Below the pieces are notes generated by a model, which saw nothing but the letters and a program-made list of their open reading frames with translations, did no database searches and was not told where the DNA came from. DNA of 64,000 nt from Leucobacter sp. UBA1945 (GTDB lineage: Bacteria > Actinomycetota > Actinomycetes > Actinomycetales > Microbacteriaceae): positions 1,039 through 65,038 of the forward strand of contig DDEV01000116.1 in the NCBI GenBank assembly GCA_002336855.1, read 5' to 3'. Within the stretch, counting starts at the first letter, position 1. Each line of letters opens with the position of its first letter. The position numbers were made by a program, and so were the translations under genes. Positions 41,957 through 51,429 of the stretch are shown here, in pieces.

Positions 41957-43723
41957 CTACTGCTTCAGCCAGACGTTCGCCCAGTCACCGTTCTGAGCCA
42001 GCGCATAGATCTGGAAGTTCTGCACGCGCTCCGAGTGGTAGTTCGCCTTCTTGCGGGCGACGATGCTGACGACCGGCGAATCTGCCATCACCGTCTGGTC
42101 AACCTGGTGCCAGAGATCGGCTGCCTCCTCTGGCGTCGCCGCTGCGAGAGCCTCGGCGGCCAGCTTGTTGGCCTCTTCGTTGTTGTAGTCGACGTAGTTG
42201 TACGACTGCGGAGTGCCGTCAAAGGTGAACTGCGGCTGGAAGACGCTGCGCGCGGCGCCGCCAACCCAGTCAGGCGACCAGCCGACGAGTGCGATATCCC
42301 ATGCCCCGCTCGTTGCGTTCTCGCGGTTCGTCATGAAGTTCGCGTAGTAGTCGGTCGGGGGCACCGGGAACAGCTCGACAGTGATGCCCGCTTCCTCGAG
42401 GCTCGCCTGCACGGTCTGAGCGATATCGGGCTGGCTGCCGAGGTTGCGGTAGGGGAACTTCAGGGTGAGGTTCGTCACGCCGGCCTCTGCAAGCAGCTTC
42501 TTGGCCTTCTCGGGATCGGCCTTGCCGCTCTCGTCACCAAACGGAGCGAACGGCTTGTATCCGTTGATGCCGGGGCCGAAGATGCCGTTGGTCACGGTCG
42601 CGATCTGCTCGCCGCCCATGACCTGCTGAACTGCGGGCTTGTCGATCGCGTACTGCAGGGCCTCGCGCACCTTCGGGTTCTGCAGGGCACCGCCGTTGTT
42701 GCTGGTCTTGGTGTTGATCCACATGAACTGGTCGATGCCGCCGTTCTCCATCGTGGTGAACTTCGTGTCGTTCGCCGCGACGAGCTGCTGGATGTTCGCC
42801 GGGCTCGGCTGAAGGTCGAACAGTACGTCTGCCGAACCTGCCTGCAGCTGCTGCATCGCGGCATCGCCCTCGACGCCCATCGTCATCTCGATCTCGTCAA
42901 CATACGCCTTGCGCAGCGGGTCGCTGTCTGCCTTCCACGACTCGTTTCGCACGAGCAGGAGCTTCACGTCAGGCGTGTGCTCCTTGATCTTGTATGGGCC
43001 CGAAGCGACGAAGTTCGCGCGGTACTCGGGCGAGTCAGGCAGGTAGTCGAGCGACTCGATCGCCGCGGGGTTCGCCGTCGGCAGGCTCAGCATCGAGGTG
43101 AAGTCAGACGCGGGCTCGACCAGCTTGAAGATGACGGTCTTATCATCAGGCGTCTCGATGCCCGAGATGTCGTTGTTCTCGATGTAGTCCTTCATTGCGG
43201 CGGCCTCTGGCGCGACTGCGGCAAAACCATCGCAGAACTCGGGCATGCCTTCGATCAGGTTGATGAAGTAGCTGCCGAGCGCTGCACCAATGTGGGGGTT
43301 GCAGATGCGCTTGATGCCGCGCTCGAAGTCTGCGGCGACAATGTCGCGAGCCCCGTCAGGTGCGTCCCAGGTGATTCCGTCACGAAGCTTCACCTCGTAG
43401 GTGAGACCGTCGTCGCTGGGAGTAGGCACCTCTGCAGCAAGGTCGCCGGTGAGCTGAATACGCTCTGATTCTTCGTTCGATGACACGTAGCTCAAGACCG
43501 AGCGCGAGATCGTGCGCACGACGTTGTTGACAGGAACGTATGCGGTCAGCTGCGGATCGATGCGATCGACGTCGCCGTTCGCAAGCACCTTCAGCGTGCC
43601 GCCTGGCGTAGCTTCGCCCGCGTCGCCGCCGCCGGAGGCGTTGCCCCCGTTCGCGCAACCGCTGAGCACCAGAGCGGCAGCCGCTGCGATGGCAGCGGTG
43701 GAGTAGAGCAGTTTTCGAGTCAT
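41957..43723 (-). CDS. Peptide ABC substrate-binding lipoprotein (family 5)
   Basis: Lipobox LVLSGC, GDLA, SGPY, VREALQYAIDK, WSPDW. Confidence 0.92.
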   Translation of the reverse strand: MTRKLLYSTAAIAAAAALVLSGCANGGNASGGGDAGEATPGGTLKVLANGDVDRIDPQLTAYVPVNNVVRTISRSVLSYVSSNEESERIQLTGDLAAEVPTPSDDGLTYEVKLRDGITWDAPDGARDIVAADFERGIKRICNPHIGAALGSYFINLIEGMPEFCDGFAAVAPEAAAMKDYIENNDISGIETPDDKTVIFKLVEPASDFTSMLSLPTANPAAIESLDYLPDSPEYRANFVASGPYKIKEHTPDVKLLLVRNESWKADSDPLRKAYVDEIEMTMGVEGDAAMQQLQAGSADVLFDLQPSPANIQQLVAANDTKFTTMENGGIDQFMWINTKTSNNGGALQNPKVREALQYAIDKPAVQQVMGGEQIATVTNGIFGPGINGYKPFAPFGDESGKADPEKAKKLLAEAGVTNLTLKFPYRNLGSQPDIAQTVQASLEEAGITVELFPVPPTDYYANFMTNRENATSGAWDIALVGWSPDWVGGAARSVFQPQFTFDGTPQSYNYVDYNNEEANKLAAEALAAATPEEAADLWHQVDQTVMADSPVVSIVARKKANYHSERVQNFQIYALAQNGDWANVWLKQ

Positions 43724-43928
43724 TGAGTCACCTTTGAGTCGTTGAGTCTTCCAGCGCTGAGTGCGAGAGAAGTTCGGATGCGCTCGAAATTCACCCATCC
43801 GACATGTGAAATGGTACATGGCATAGATGATTTTTGGATACCTGCAAAGATTACGAAAGAGTTTCAATCTGCCTGACTGTCACGAATAGGATGCTCATAT
43901 CCGTCGCGATCACGAAGGAGCGCTCACC

Positions 43929-45122
43929 ATGCCGATTGCCTTCGCGCCCTCCCCACGATCGACACTCGGTCTCGAATGGGAACTCGCGCTCGTCGATCAG
44001 CGCACCCGCGAGCTCACGAACATCGCCCCCGAATTGCTTCCGGCTCTCCAGCAACACTTCCCCACCTCGCAGTTTCCGCACCTCACCGGCGAGCTATTGC
44101 AAAACACGATCGAACTCGTCACCGCGCCACACAGGCGCGTTGCCGATGCCACCTCAGATCTTCGCGAGCTGGCGATCCTCGCCCGAGGCGCTGCTGCGAA
44201 CCACGGAGCCGAGCTGATCGGCTCAGGCAGCCACCCCTTTGGCCGCTGGGACCAGCAGCTGGTGACCGAGAGCGAGCGTTACGACCGCTTCATCGAGAAG
44301 TACCGATGGTGGGGCCGCAACATGTTGATTTGGGGCGTGCATATTCACATCGGGATCGACCGCCAGGATCGCGTCGTGCCGATCATGCATGCCCTGTTGA
44401 CGCATCTGCCGCACCTGCTCGCGCTGTCGGCGTCGAGCCCGTTCTGGGCCAGCGAATCGACGGGGTACGCATCGAACCGCACGCTGCGCTTTCAACAGCT
44501 GCCCACCGCCGGGCTGCCCTGGGAGGTCGACGATTGGGCGGGCGTCGAACTCGTGCTCGAAGACCTCGCGAAAACCGACATCATCGCCGAGCCCACCGAG
44601 GCGCGCTGGGACATTCGCCCCGCACCGAAATGGGGAACCCTCGAAGTTCGATTCTGCGATGGAGCCTCGACCCTCGCGAGCATCGGGGCGCTCGCCGCGC
44701 TGACCCAGTGTCTCGCGGAGCATTACCAGCGACAGGCCGATCTCGGACAGCCGCTCCCCCGCCTGCGCCCTTGGTTCGTGCGTGAAAACAAGTGGCGGGC
44801 AGCGAGATACGGTCTCGACGCCGACATCATTATCGGCGACGATGGATCGCAGGCTCCCCTGCGCACTGAAATCACGAGCCTGCTTGAAACACTTGCGCCC
44901 GTGGCGGAGTCTCTCGGCTGCGAAGCCGAGCTCGCCCATGTCAGGTTGCTGCTCGATGCCCAGCTGCCAGGTGGCGGTACAAGCGCCGAGCGTCAACTGA
45001 GACTCTTCGAGCAACTCGGCGGCACCCAGGCGGGGCATTCGGCGCTCGTCGGCGTGGTCGACTCGTTGGCACGCGAGTTCAGCGCCGGGCTCGAGCAATT
45101 GGATGCCGCTGCCCCCGCATAA
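43929..45122 (+). CDS. YbdK/GCS2-family carboxylate-amine (glutamate--cysteine) ligase
   Basis: TLGLEWE, ELLQNTIE, GVHIHIG, SPFW, WDIRP, TLEVR, ENKWRAARYG. Confidence 0.9.
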   Translation: MPIAFAPSPRSTLGLEWELALVDQRTRELTNIAPELLPALQQHFPTSQFPHLTGELLQNTIELVTAPHRRVADATSDLRELAILARGAAANHGAELIGSGSHPFGRWDQQLVTESERYDRFIEKYRWWGRNMLIWGVHIHIGIDRQDRVVPIMHALLTHLPHLLALSASSPFWASESTGYASNRTLRFQQLPTAGLPWEVDDWAGVELVLEDLAKTDIIAEPTEARWDIRPAPKWGTLEVRFCDGASTLASIGALAALTQCLAEHYQRQADLGQPLPRLRPWFVRENKWRAARYGLDADIIIGDDGSQAPLRTEITSLLETLAPVAESLGCEAELAHVRLLLDAQLPGGGTSAERQLRLFEQLGGTQAGHSALVGVVDSLAREFSAGLEQLDAAAPA

Positions 45123-45179
45123 TCCTCAGCGAACTGCTCGGCGAATTCACGAGTCCGCCCGCGAGTTAAGGAGCGCATA

Positions 45180-45608
45180 ATGCAGACTGTCTATCTCTGG
45201 TTTCCTGGCAATGCCGCAGAGGCTATGCGCTTCTATCACGGCGTGTTTGGCGGACAGCTCACGCTGCACACCTTCGCCGATTTCGGGCGCGATGACGGCC
45301 CGGCCGACGCGATTGCGCACGGAGTGCTGAGCGGCCCCGTCGAGCTCTACGCTGCTGATGCGGCGGCGCACGAGGCCACGCTCGAGATGCGAGGCGTCAG
45401 CCTTGCTTTGCTCGGGACGGCTGACGCCGAGACCAGCACGCAATGGTTCGCGCAACTCGCCGCAGGCGGAGAAGTGCTGGACCAATTGCAGGCACGCGGG
45501 TGGGGCGCCTCTGACGGTCAGCTCGTCGACCGCTACGGAGTTCGGTGGCTCATCGGCTTCGAGCACGGCGAGGGCGACGAGAGCGGCGCGAACAACCCGG
45601 ATCGGTAG
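45180..45608 (+). CDS. VOC/PhnB-family protein
   Basis: YLWFPGNAAEAMRFYHGVFGG, WGASDGQLVDRYGVRW. Confidence 0.88.
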   Translation: MQTVYLWFPGNAAEAMRFYHGVFGGQLTLHTFADFGRDDGPADAIAHGVLSGPVELYAADAAAHEATLEMRGVSLALLGTADAETSTQWFAQLAAGGEVLDQLQARGWGASDGQLVDRYGVRWLIGFEHGEGDESGANNPDR

Positions 45609-45685
45609 AGCGGCGTTGCTGAGATGGTGACCCACTCGCGCTTGGAGTGTCGCGCAGCGCTTGCCCCGCACGCGACCCGCCCAAG

Positions 45686-46858
45686 CTACCGATCGAGAAA
45701 CCAGCCGAGCACGTGCGGGAACGCGAGCATCGCCGCAACGATCGCGATGAAGATCGCGGTCGTCCACGCCGCGGAGCGTCGCTTCAGGCGCTGACCGCTG
45801 ACCGCGACCTGGCTGCGCGGATGGGAAGCTCGCGGGTCAGAGTAGGTCTTCGCCTGGTGACCGATCTCGTCGCCGAAGAGCTCCGAGAATCTCAGCAGGG
45901 CGGTGATCTCGTTTCGGTCGCTCCAGCCTCGAACTTTGTTCGACGCCACGATCAGGCGATCCTCGACCACCTCGACATCCCAATGCTTGCCGTAGTCGAT
46001 GAGGCACGCCATGACGTCTGGGGTCAGCAGTTCGAGTGCATCGCGTTCGTATCCCTTCGGCGCGTACACCGCGAAGTGCCGATCGAAGTCGCCCTCGAGG
46101 CTCATCCGCTCGGTGCCGGGCAGCACGCCGCGCAAGCTCCCGTTACGACGCGAATCGATCATGAGGTGCGGCAGATCGCGCGGCAGTCTCGTCGTCAGGT
46201 AGCGAAACGCGTTGCGCGGCCCCTTCGGGTCGCTCTTGCTGCCTTGATACGTCGCCACCGCGATCTGCAGCCCCGGCTCGTACGCGAACCCACCCGTCCA
46301 CAGCGCAAACTCCGCCCGAAACAGGGGCTTGTTCGGGTCGTCTCCGGCCGCCGAGCCATTCGAGGTCTTCTTCGATGAGGTCTTCGACGCCTTCTTCGAG
46401 GCCCGCGCCTGCGCCTGCTCACGAAGTCGCCTCGGCAACTGCACCGCAGTCCCCTCAGCGAACATGATGCCCGCTCGCGGAGGGGCGAAGCCGAAGCGCA
46501 TAAAACCGAGGTCGCGCGCCGCAGCAAAGCGCTTGATTGCGATGGCACGCCTCGCGTCGCTCGGCATGGTCAGCATGATGAGGCCGCCGAGCCACAACAT
46601 GATGCTGCCCCACACCGAGATGATGTACACCACCGGGCGAATCAGGTCGAGCCACCCTGGCATCGAGATGGTGAACGGAAACTCCATGACCAGGCTGGTG
46701 CCGAGCAAAGAAAGAGGCACCGCGGCGAGCAAGAGCAGCCCGCCCTTGGCGGCCATGCGGAATGCCCCCGGGTCGTCGGCCCGCACCTCCGCCCAGCTCA
46801 CGTGGCGCGGCCACTCAGCGCGAAACTGCGCGAGGCGCTCGTCGCGCGGCGAATTCAC
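45686..46858 (-). CDS. Hypothetical membrane protein (2 N-terminal TM, soluble domain, C-terminal TM)
   Basis: LPHLMID, LEGDFDRHFAVY, ALELLTPDVM motifs resemble DUF3137-like proteins. Confidence 0.7.
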   Translation of the reverse strand: MNSPRDERLAQFRAEWPRHVSWAEVRADDPGAFRMAAKGGLLLLAAVPLSLLGTSLVMEFPFTISMPGWLDLIRPVVYIISVWGSIMLWLGGLIMLTMPSDARRAIAIKRFAAARDLGFMRFGFAPPRAGIMFAEGTAVQLPRRLREQAQARASKKASKTSSKKTSNGSAAGDDPNKPLFRAEFALWTGGFAYEPGLQIAVATYQGSKSDPKGPRNAFRYLTTRLPRDLPHLMIDSRRNGSLRGVLPGTERMSLEGDFDRHFAVYAPKGYERDALELLTPDVMACLIDYGKHWDVEVVEDRLIVASNKVRGWSDRNEITALLRFSELFGDEIGHQAKTYSDPRASHPRSQVAVSGQRLKRRSAAWTTAIFIAIVAAMLAFPHVLGWFLDR

Positions 46859-46918
46859 TTCGCCTCCGAGCGCGCCAAAGCGTGCAGCATCGCCTGGTAC
46901 ACGCGATGCACGCGACGC

Positions 46919-48493
46919 TTAGCCCCGGCCACCGAGCATCTGCTGCAGCTGAGCAAGGTCGGCGGCACTTGGCTGCGCGCCGCCAGCACCCGTACCGCCC
47001 GCAGCGCCGAGCCCGAAGCCAGAACCGCCCGCACTCGGGGCAGCCGGCTTGCCCGACGCCTCCGCCGCGCGCTTCGCCGGGTTGCCCGAGCGCTTCGCAC
47101 CCTTGCCCTTGGCCTGCTGCTTCTTCTTGCCTGCGTAGCCACCGCCCATACCCGGCATCGGCCCCATGCCGGGAATCTGCGGCACGCCACCCTTGGCGAC
47201 GGTCTTCATCATCTTCGCGGCCTGCTCGAAGCGCGTCACCAGCGAGTTGACCTCGGTCACGGTGGTGCCCGAGCCCTTCGCGATGCGCAGTCGGCGCGAA
47301 CCGTTCAGAATCTTGGGATTCGTGCGCTCGGCCTTCGTCATGGACTGAATGATCGCCTCGGTGCGAACGATCTCGCGCTCATCGAAATTCTCGAGCTGAT
47401 CCTTCATCTTGCCCATGCCCGGCAGCATGCCCATCATCTTCTTGATCGAGCCAGCGCCTCGCAGCTGCTGCATCTGCTTCAAGAAGTCGTCAAGCGTGAA
47501 CGACTCGGTCGCGATCTTCTCGGCGACCTTGCGCGCCTCCTCCTCATCGAAGGCGCTCTGCGCCTGCTCGATGAGCGTGAGAATGTCGCCGAGATCGAGA
47601 ATGCGGCTCGCCATGCGGTCGGGGTAGAACGGCTCAAAGTCGCCGAGGCCCTCACCAGTAGAAGCGAAAAGGATCGGCCTGCCCGTCGTGCCACGGATCG
47701 AGAGCGCCGCGCCACCGCGCTGATCACCGTCGAGCTTCGTGAGCACGACGCCGGTAAAGTCGACGCCCTCTTGGAACGCCTTCGCTGTTGCGACGGCGTC
47801 TTGACCGATGAGCGAGTCGATGACGAAGAGCACCTCGTCGGGGTTCGTCGCCTTGCGAATATCGCTCGCCTGCTTCATCATCTCGGCGTCAACGCCGAGG
47901 CGGCCGGCGGTGTCGATAATGACGAAGTCGTGCTGCTTGGCCTTCGCCTCTGCGACGCCGGCCTGCGCAACCTTCACCGGGTCGCCGACGCCGTTGCCCG
48001 GCTCGGGGGCGAAGAATGCGGCACCGGCCTGCTCGGCGACGACGCCGAGCTGCGTAACCGCGTTCGGGCGCTGCAGGTCACACGCGACGAGCAGCGGAGT
48101 GTGCCCCTGGTCTTTCAGCCACTTCGCGAGCTTGCCCGCAAGCGTGGTCTTACCCGCACCCTGCAGGCCCGCAAGCATGATCACGGTCGGCGGCTGCTTC
48201 GCGAACTGCAGGCGGCGCTGCTCGCCACCAAGAATCTCAACGAGCTCTTCATTGACGATCTGCACAACCTGCTGCGCCGGGTTCAGCGCCTTGTTCACTT
48301 CGTCGCCGAGCGCTCGCTCACGCACCTTGCCGGTGAAGTCTTTCACCACGTCAAGCGAGACGTCGGCCTCGAGCAGGGCGCGACGAATCTCGCGCACAGT
48401 GCCATCGACGTCAGCGGCAGAAAGCTTGCCCTTCGAACGAAGGTTCTTGAAGGTGTCGGTGAGCCGCTGCGAGAGGTTTCCGAAAGTAGCCAT
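46919..48493 (-). CDS. ffh: Signal recognition particle protein
   Basis: GLQGAGKTT, DTAGR, TKLDGD, Met-rich M domain. Confidence 0.98.
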   Translation of the reverse strand: MATFGNLSQRLTDTFKNLRSKGKLSAADVDGTVREIRRALLEADVSLDVVKDFTGKVRERALGDEVNKALNPAQQVVQIVNEELVEILGGEQRRLQFAKQPPTVIMLAGLQGAGKTTLAGKLAKWLKDQGHTPLLVACDLQRPNAVTQLGVVAEQAGAAFFAPEPGNGVGDPVKVAQAGVAEAKAKQHDFVIIDTAGRLGVDAEMMKQASDIRKATNPDEVLFVIDSLIGQDAVATAKAFQEGVDFTGVVLTKLDGDQRGGAALSIRGTTGRPILFASTGEGLGDFEPFYPDRMASRILDLGDILTLIEQAQSAFDEEEARKVAEKIATESFTLDDFLKQMQQLRGAGSIKKMMGMLPGMGKMKDQLENFDEREIVRTEAIIQSMTKAERTNPKILNGSRRLRIAKGSGTTVTEVNSLVTRFEQAAKMMKTVAKGGVPQIPGMGPMPGMGGGYAGKKKQQAKGKGAKRSGNPAKRAAEASGKPAAPSAGGSGFGLGAAGGTGAGGAQPSAADLAQLQQMLGGRG

Positions 48494-48563
48494 AGTGAGA
48501 ACAGCCTACCGCGCGAATTTGGGTCATCAGGCAGAATGAAACAAACACTCACAGAGGAGCCCC

Positions 48564-49259
48564 ATGAACCTCGACGAGGTACTCGCAGAACTCGAGCGCC
48601 ACGCCTCCCCCGAACGCAAGCAGCGGGTCGCGCGGCTCGGAATTCCCGAAGAGAACAGCATCGGGGTCGCCGTGCCCGATATTCGCCGCATCGCAAAACG
48701 TGTGGGGCGATCCTCGTCGCTGGCAAATGAACTGTGGTCGACGGGACTGCACGAGGCGAGGCTGTTGGCCGCGCTCGTGTTCGTGCCGACCGAACTTTCG
48801 GTGAGCGATGCCGAAGCTCTCGTCGCCGATGTGCAGTCGTGGGATCTCTGCGACCACCTCTGCAACAACCTGTTTCTGCTGATGCCCGATTACCCCGCAC
48901 TGATTGACGCGTGGGCCGACGCAGAGCCCCTGTATACCCGGCGCGCGGCCTTCGCGCTGATCGCCTCTGCCGCGACCCACGAGAAGTCAGTGTCAGATAA
49001 GCAAAGGGATCGCTACCTCGCCCACGTCGAGTCTGCCGCCGACGATGCGAGGCCGCACGTGAAGAAGGCAGTCGACTGGGCGTTAAGCGAAGTCGGGCAG
49101 CGAGATTTGGTAGCGCGGGATCGTGCGCTGGCCCTCTGCGACGCGCTCATTGAGAGCGGAGACAAGCGAAAGGCATCGCTCGGTCGGAGCGCAAAGAAAG
49201 AGATCGAACGGTTCGTCGAGGCCCCGGGGCGCAGACGTCTCATCGCATCGCGCGACTGA
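48564..49259 (+). CDS. AlkD-like DNA alkylation repair (HEAT-repeat) protein
   Basis: GVAVPDIRRIAK, LWSTG.HEARLLA, SWDLCD, VKKAVDWAL. Confidence 0.82.
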   Translation: MNLDEVLAELERHASPERKQRVARLGIPEENSIGVAVPDIRRIAKRVGRSSSLANELWSTGLHEARLLAALVFVPTELSVSDAEALVADVQSWDLCDHLCNNLFLLMPDYPALIDAWADAEPLYTRRAAFALIASAATHEKSVSDKQRDRYLAHVESAADDARPHVKKAVDWALSEVGQRDLVARDRALALCDALIESGDKRKASLGRSAKKEIERFVEAPGRRRLIASRD

Positions 49260-49284
49260 GGCGGCACCCCGGGGATCGCGAGAA

Positions 49285-50133
49285 TCAGCGATAGTCGTAG
49301 AAGCCGCGCCCCGACCCCTTGCCGAGGTAGCCCTTGTCGATGTAATCGCGCTTGAGAATCTCGGCGAACTCTCGCTGCACAGGGTCGGCGCTGTCTTTGC
49401 TCAGATTGTAGGGAGTCATCATGCCGACCACGTCGTAGATCTGGAACGGACCCGAGGGTGCGCCCGTCGCGATGCGCCACGTCTTATCGATGTCTTCGGG
49501 CGAGGCTACTCCCTTGACGAAGAGCGCCGATGCAGCGTTCAGCAGCGGCACCAGCAGGGAGTTGAGCACGTACCCCGGCTGCTCCTTGTGCACGCGGATC
49601 GGAACCATGCCGATCTGCTCGGCAAACTCGGCGACCTGCTCGAACACCTCCGGGTCGGTGCCAGCGTGCCCCATCACCTCACCGGTATTGAACTTCCAGA
49701 CCTCATTCGCGAAGTGCAGGGCGAGAAACTTCTCGGGTCGGCCGGTGAAGGGAGCGATGTCGCTCGGAAGCAGAGTTGAGGAGTTCGTGCAAAAAACAGT
49801 CTTCTCGGGCGCGAGTTCGCCGACCCGCTCCCAGGTCTGCTGCTTGATGTCGAGGCGCTCCGGAACGGCCTCGATCACGATGTCAGCGTCACTCAGCGCG
49901 TCGGCGAGATCGGCGGTCGCGCGGATCCTCGCCACTGCGTCATCGAGCCGCTGCTCGCTCGCGTCTGCAACATCGCGGCGGTAGGCCGCTTTCAGATACT
50001 CCCAACGATCCTTGAGATTCTCGAGGATCTCATCCGAGAGGTCGTAGGCGACCACGGTCTTACCCGCGTAAGCCGCCTGAAAGATGATCTGCGAACCGAG
50101 CACTCCGGTTCCCAATACGGTGAGGTTCTGCAA
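49285..50133 (-). CDS. 3-hydroxyacyl-CoA dehydrogenase
   Basis: GTGVLGSQI, EAVPE, TNSSTL, LHFAN, PGYVLN; TTG start after GAAAGG. Confidence 0.9.
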   Translation of the reverse strand: MQNLTVLGTGVLGSQIIFQAAYAGKTVVAYDLSDEILENLKDRWEYLKAAYRRDVADASEQRLDDAVARIRATADLADALSDADIVIEAVPERLDIKQQTWERVGELAPEKTVFCTNSSTLLPSDIAPFTGRPEKFLALHFANEVWKFNTGEVMGHAGTDPEVFEQVAEFAEQIGMVPIRVHKEQPGYVLNSLLVPLLNAASALFVKGVASPEDIDKTWRIATGAPSGPFQIYDVVGMMTPYNLSKDSADPVQREFAEILKRDYIDKGYLGKGSGRGFYDYR

Positions 50134-50336
50134 TGCACTGCCTTTCTCGAATACTGCCCGCATGGGGCGATAATTCGGCTCGGCGGTCGCGCTTCTCGCT
50201 CGGCCGTCAGGGCCTAACTCTGGTCTACTCTCTTTAGCTCGGGACGGCTGAAGATTTCGCCGAGAGCGATAGCTTATTGTGCCTTGCCGCAGAATCTTCG
50301 GCAAGACTGGCAATCCGTTCGGAAGACCCGGCTGCC

Positions 50337-51215
50337 TTAACCTACAAGCTGAGCAGCAAAGACGTGCGGCGTGAAGCCGGTGAGGTCGCCAATGCCTTCG
50401 CCCTGGCCGATGAGTTTGATCGGCAGGCCGGTCTTCTGCTGCACCGCGAGCACAAAGCCGCCCTTCGCCGATCCGTCGAGCTTGGTGAGCACCAGCCCGG
50501 TCACCCCTGCGTGCTCGATGAACGCCTCTGCCTGAGCAAGGCCGTTCTGACCGGTCGTCGCGTCGAGCACGAGCAGCACCTCGGCGATGGGGGTCTGCTT
50601 CTCGATGACCCTCCGCACCTTCGTGAGCTCATCCATGAGGCCACCCTTGGTCTGCAGACGCCCGGCTGTGTCTACGATCGCGATGTCGTAGTTGTCGGAC
50701 TTGGCACGCTCGACAGTCTGAAACGCAACCGACGCTGGGTCTTGGCCCTGTTGCTGCGGCTTCACGATGTCGGCGCCGGCTCGAGTCGCCCACGTAGCGA
50801 GTTGCTCGACAGCCGCGGCTCGAAAGGTGTCGGCCGCGCCGACGAGCACCCGCTTGTCGAAACTGCGCAGGTAGTTTGCGAACTTGCCTATTGTCGTGGT
50901 CTTGCCGACGCCGTTCACCCCGACAACGAGGATCACCGCCGGGCGATCCGACAGCGTCAATGTCGGATCGAAGGCGGCCAGCTTCTCTTCGAGGAGTTCA
51001 CGAAGCATGCGCCGGAGCTCTTTGACTTCAGTGACACGGTGACGTTCAACGTCTTCACGCAACTGCTCAAGGATCGCGTCGGTGAGGTCTGGGCCGAAAT
51101 CAGCGCCGAGCAGCGCCGTCTCGAGATCATCCCAGGTCTCCTCAGAAATCGGCTCACTACCGCCGCCGAAGACGTTTCGGAACACATTTGATAACGACCA
51201 GGAACGCTCAGCCAT
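50337..51215 (-). CDS. ftsY: SRP receptor FtsY (NG domain only)
   Basis: GVNGVGKTT, DTFRAAA, DTAGRL, TKLDGSAKGG. Confidence 0.97.
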   Translation of the reverse strand: MAERSWSLSNVFRNVFGGGSEPISEETWDDLETALLGADFGPDLTDAILEQLREDVERHRVTEVKELRRMLRELLEEKLAAFDPTLTLSDRPAVILVVGVNGVGKTTTIGKFANYLRSFDKRVLVGAADTFRAAAVEQLATWATRAGADIVKPQQQGQDPASVAFQTVERAKSDNYDIAIVDTAGRLQTKGGLMDELTKVRRVIEKQTPIAEVLLVLDATTGQNGLAQAEAFIEHAGVTGLVLTKLDGSAKGGFVLAVQQKTGLPIKLIGQGEGIGDLTGFTPHVFAAQLVG

Positions 51216-51429
51216 GCCTCCAAGTGTAGGGGTCGTGGCGTCGGCGATCCCGCACCACTTCTCTCAATCTTTTGCACTACCGTCTACAACCTCAAGAAAT
51301 GCTCATGGTTTGGTCACGAACAATGTGCAAATCGCCGGTAATGGCACATCGCACTCTCAGACTCCGCTACTATCAAGACGTTCAAGCGCCGGGGCAATGA
51401 GGCCCCCGGGCGAAATTCCTGGAGGTACC

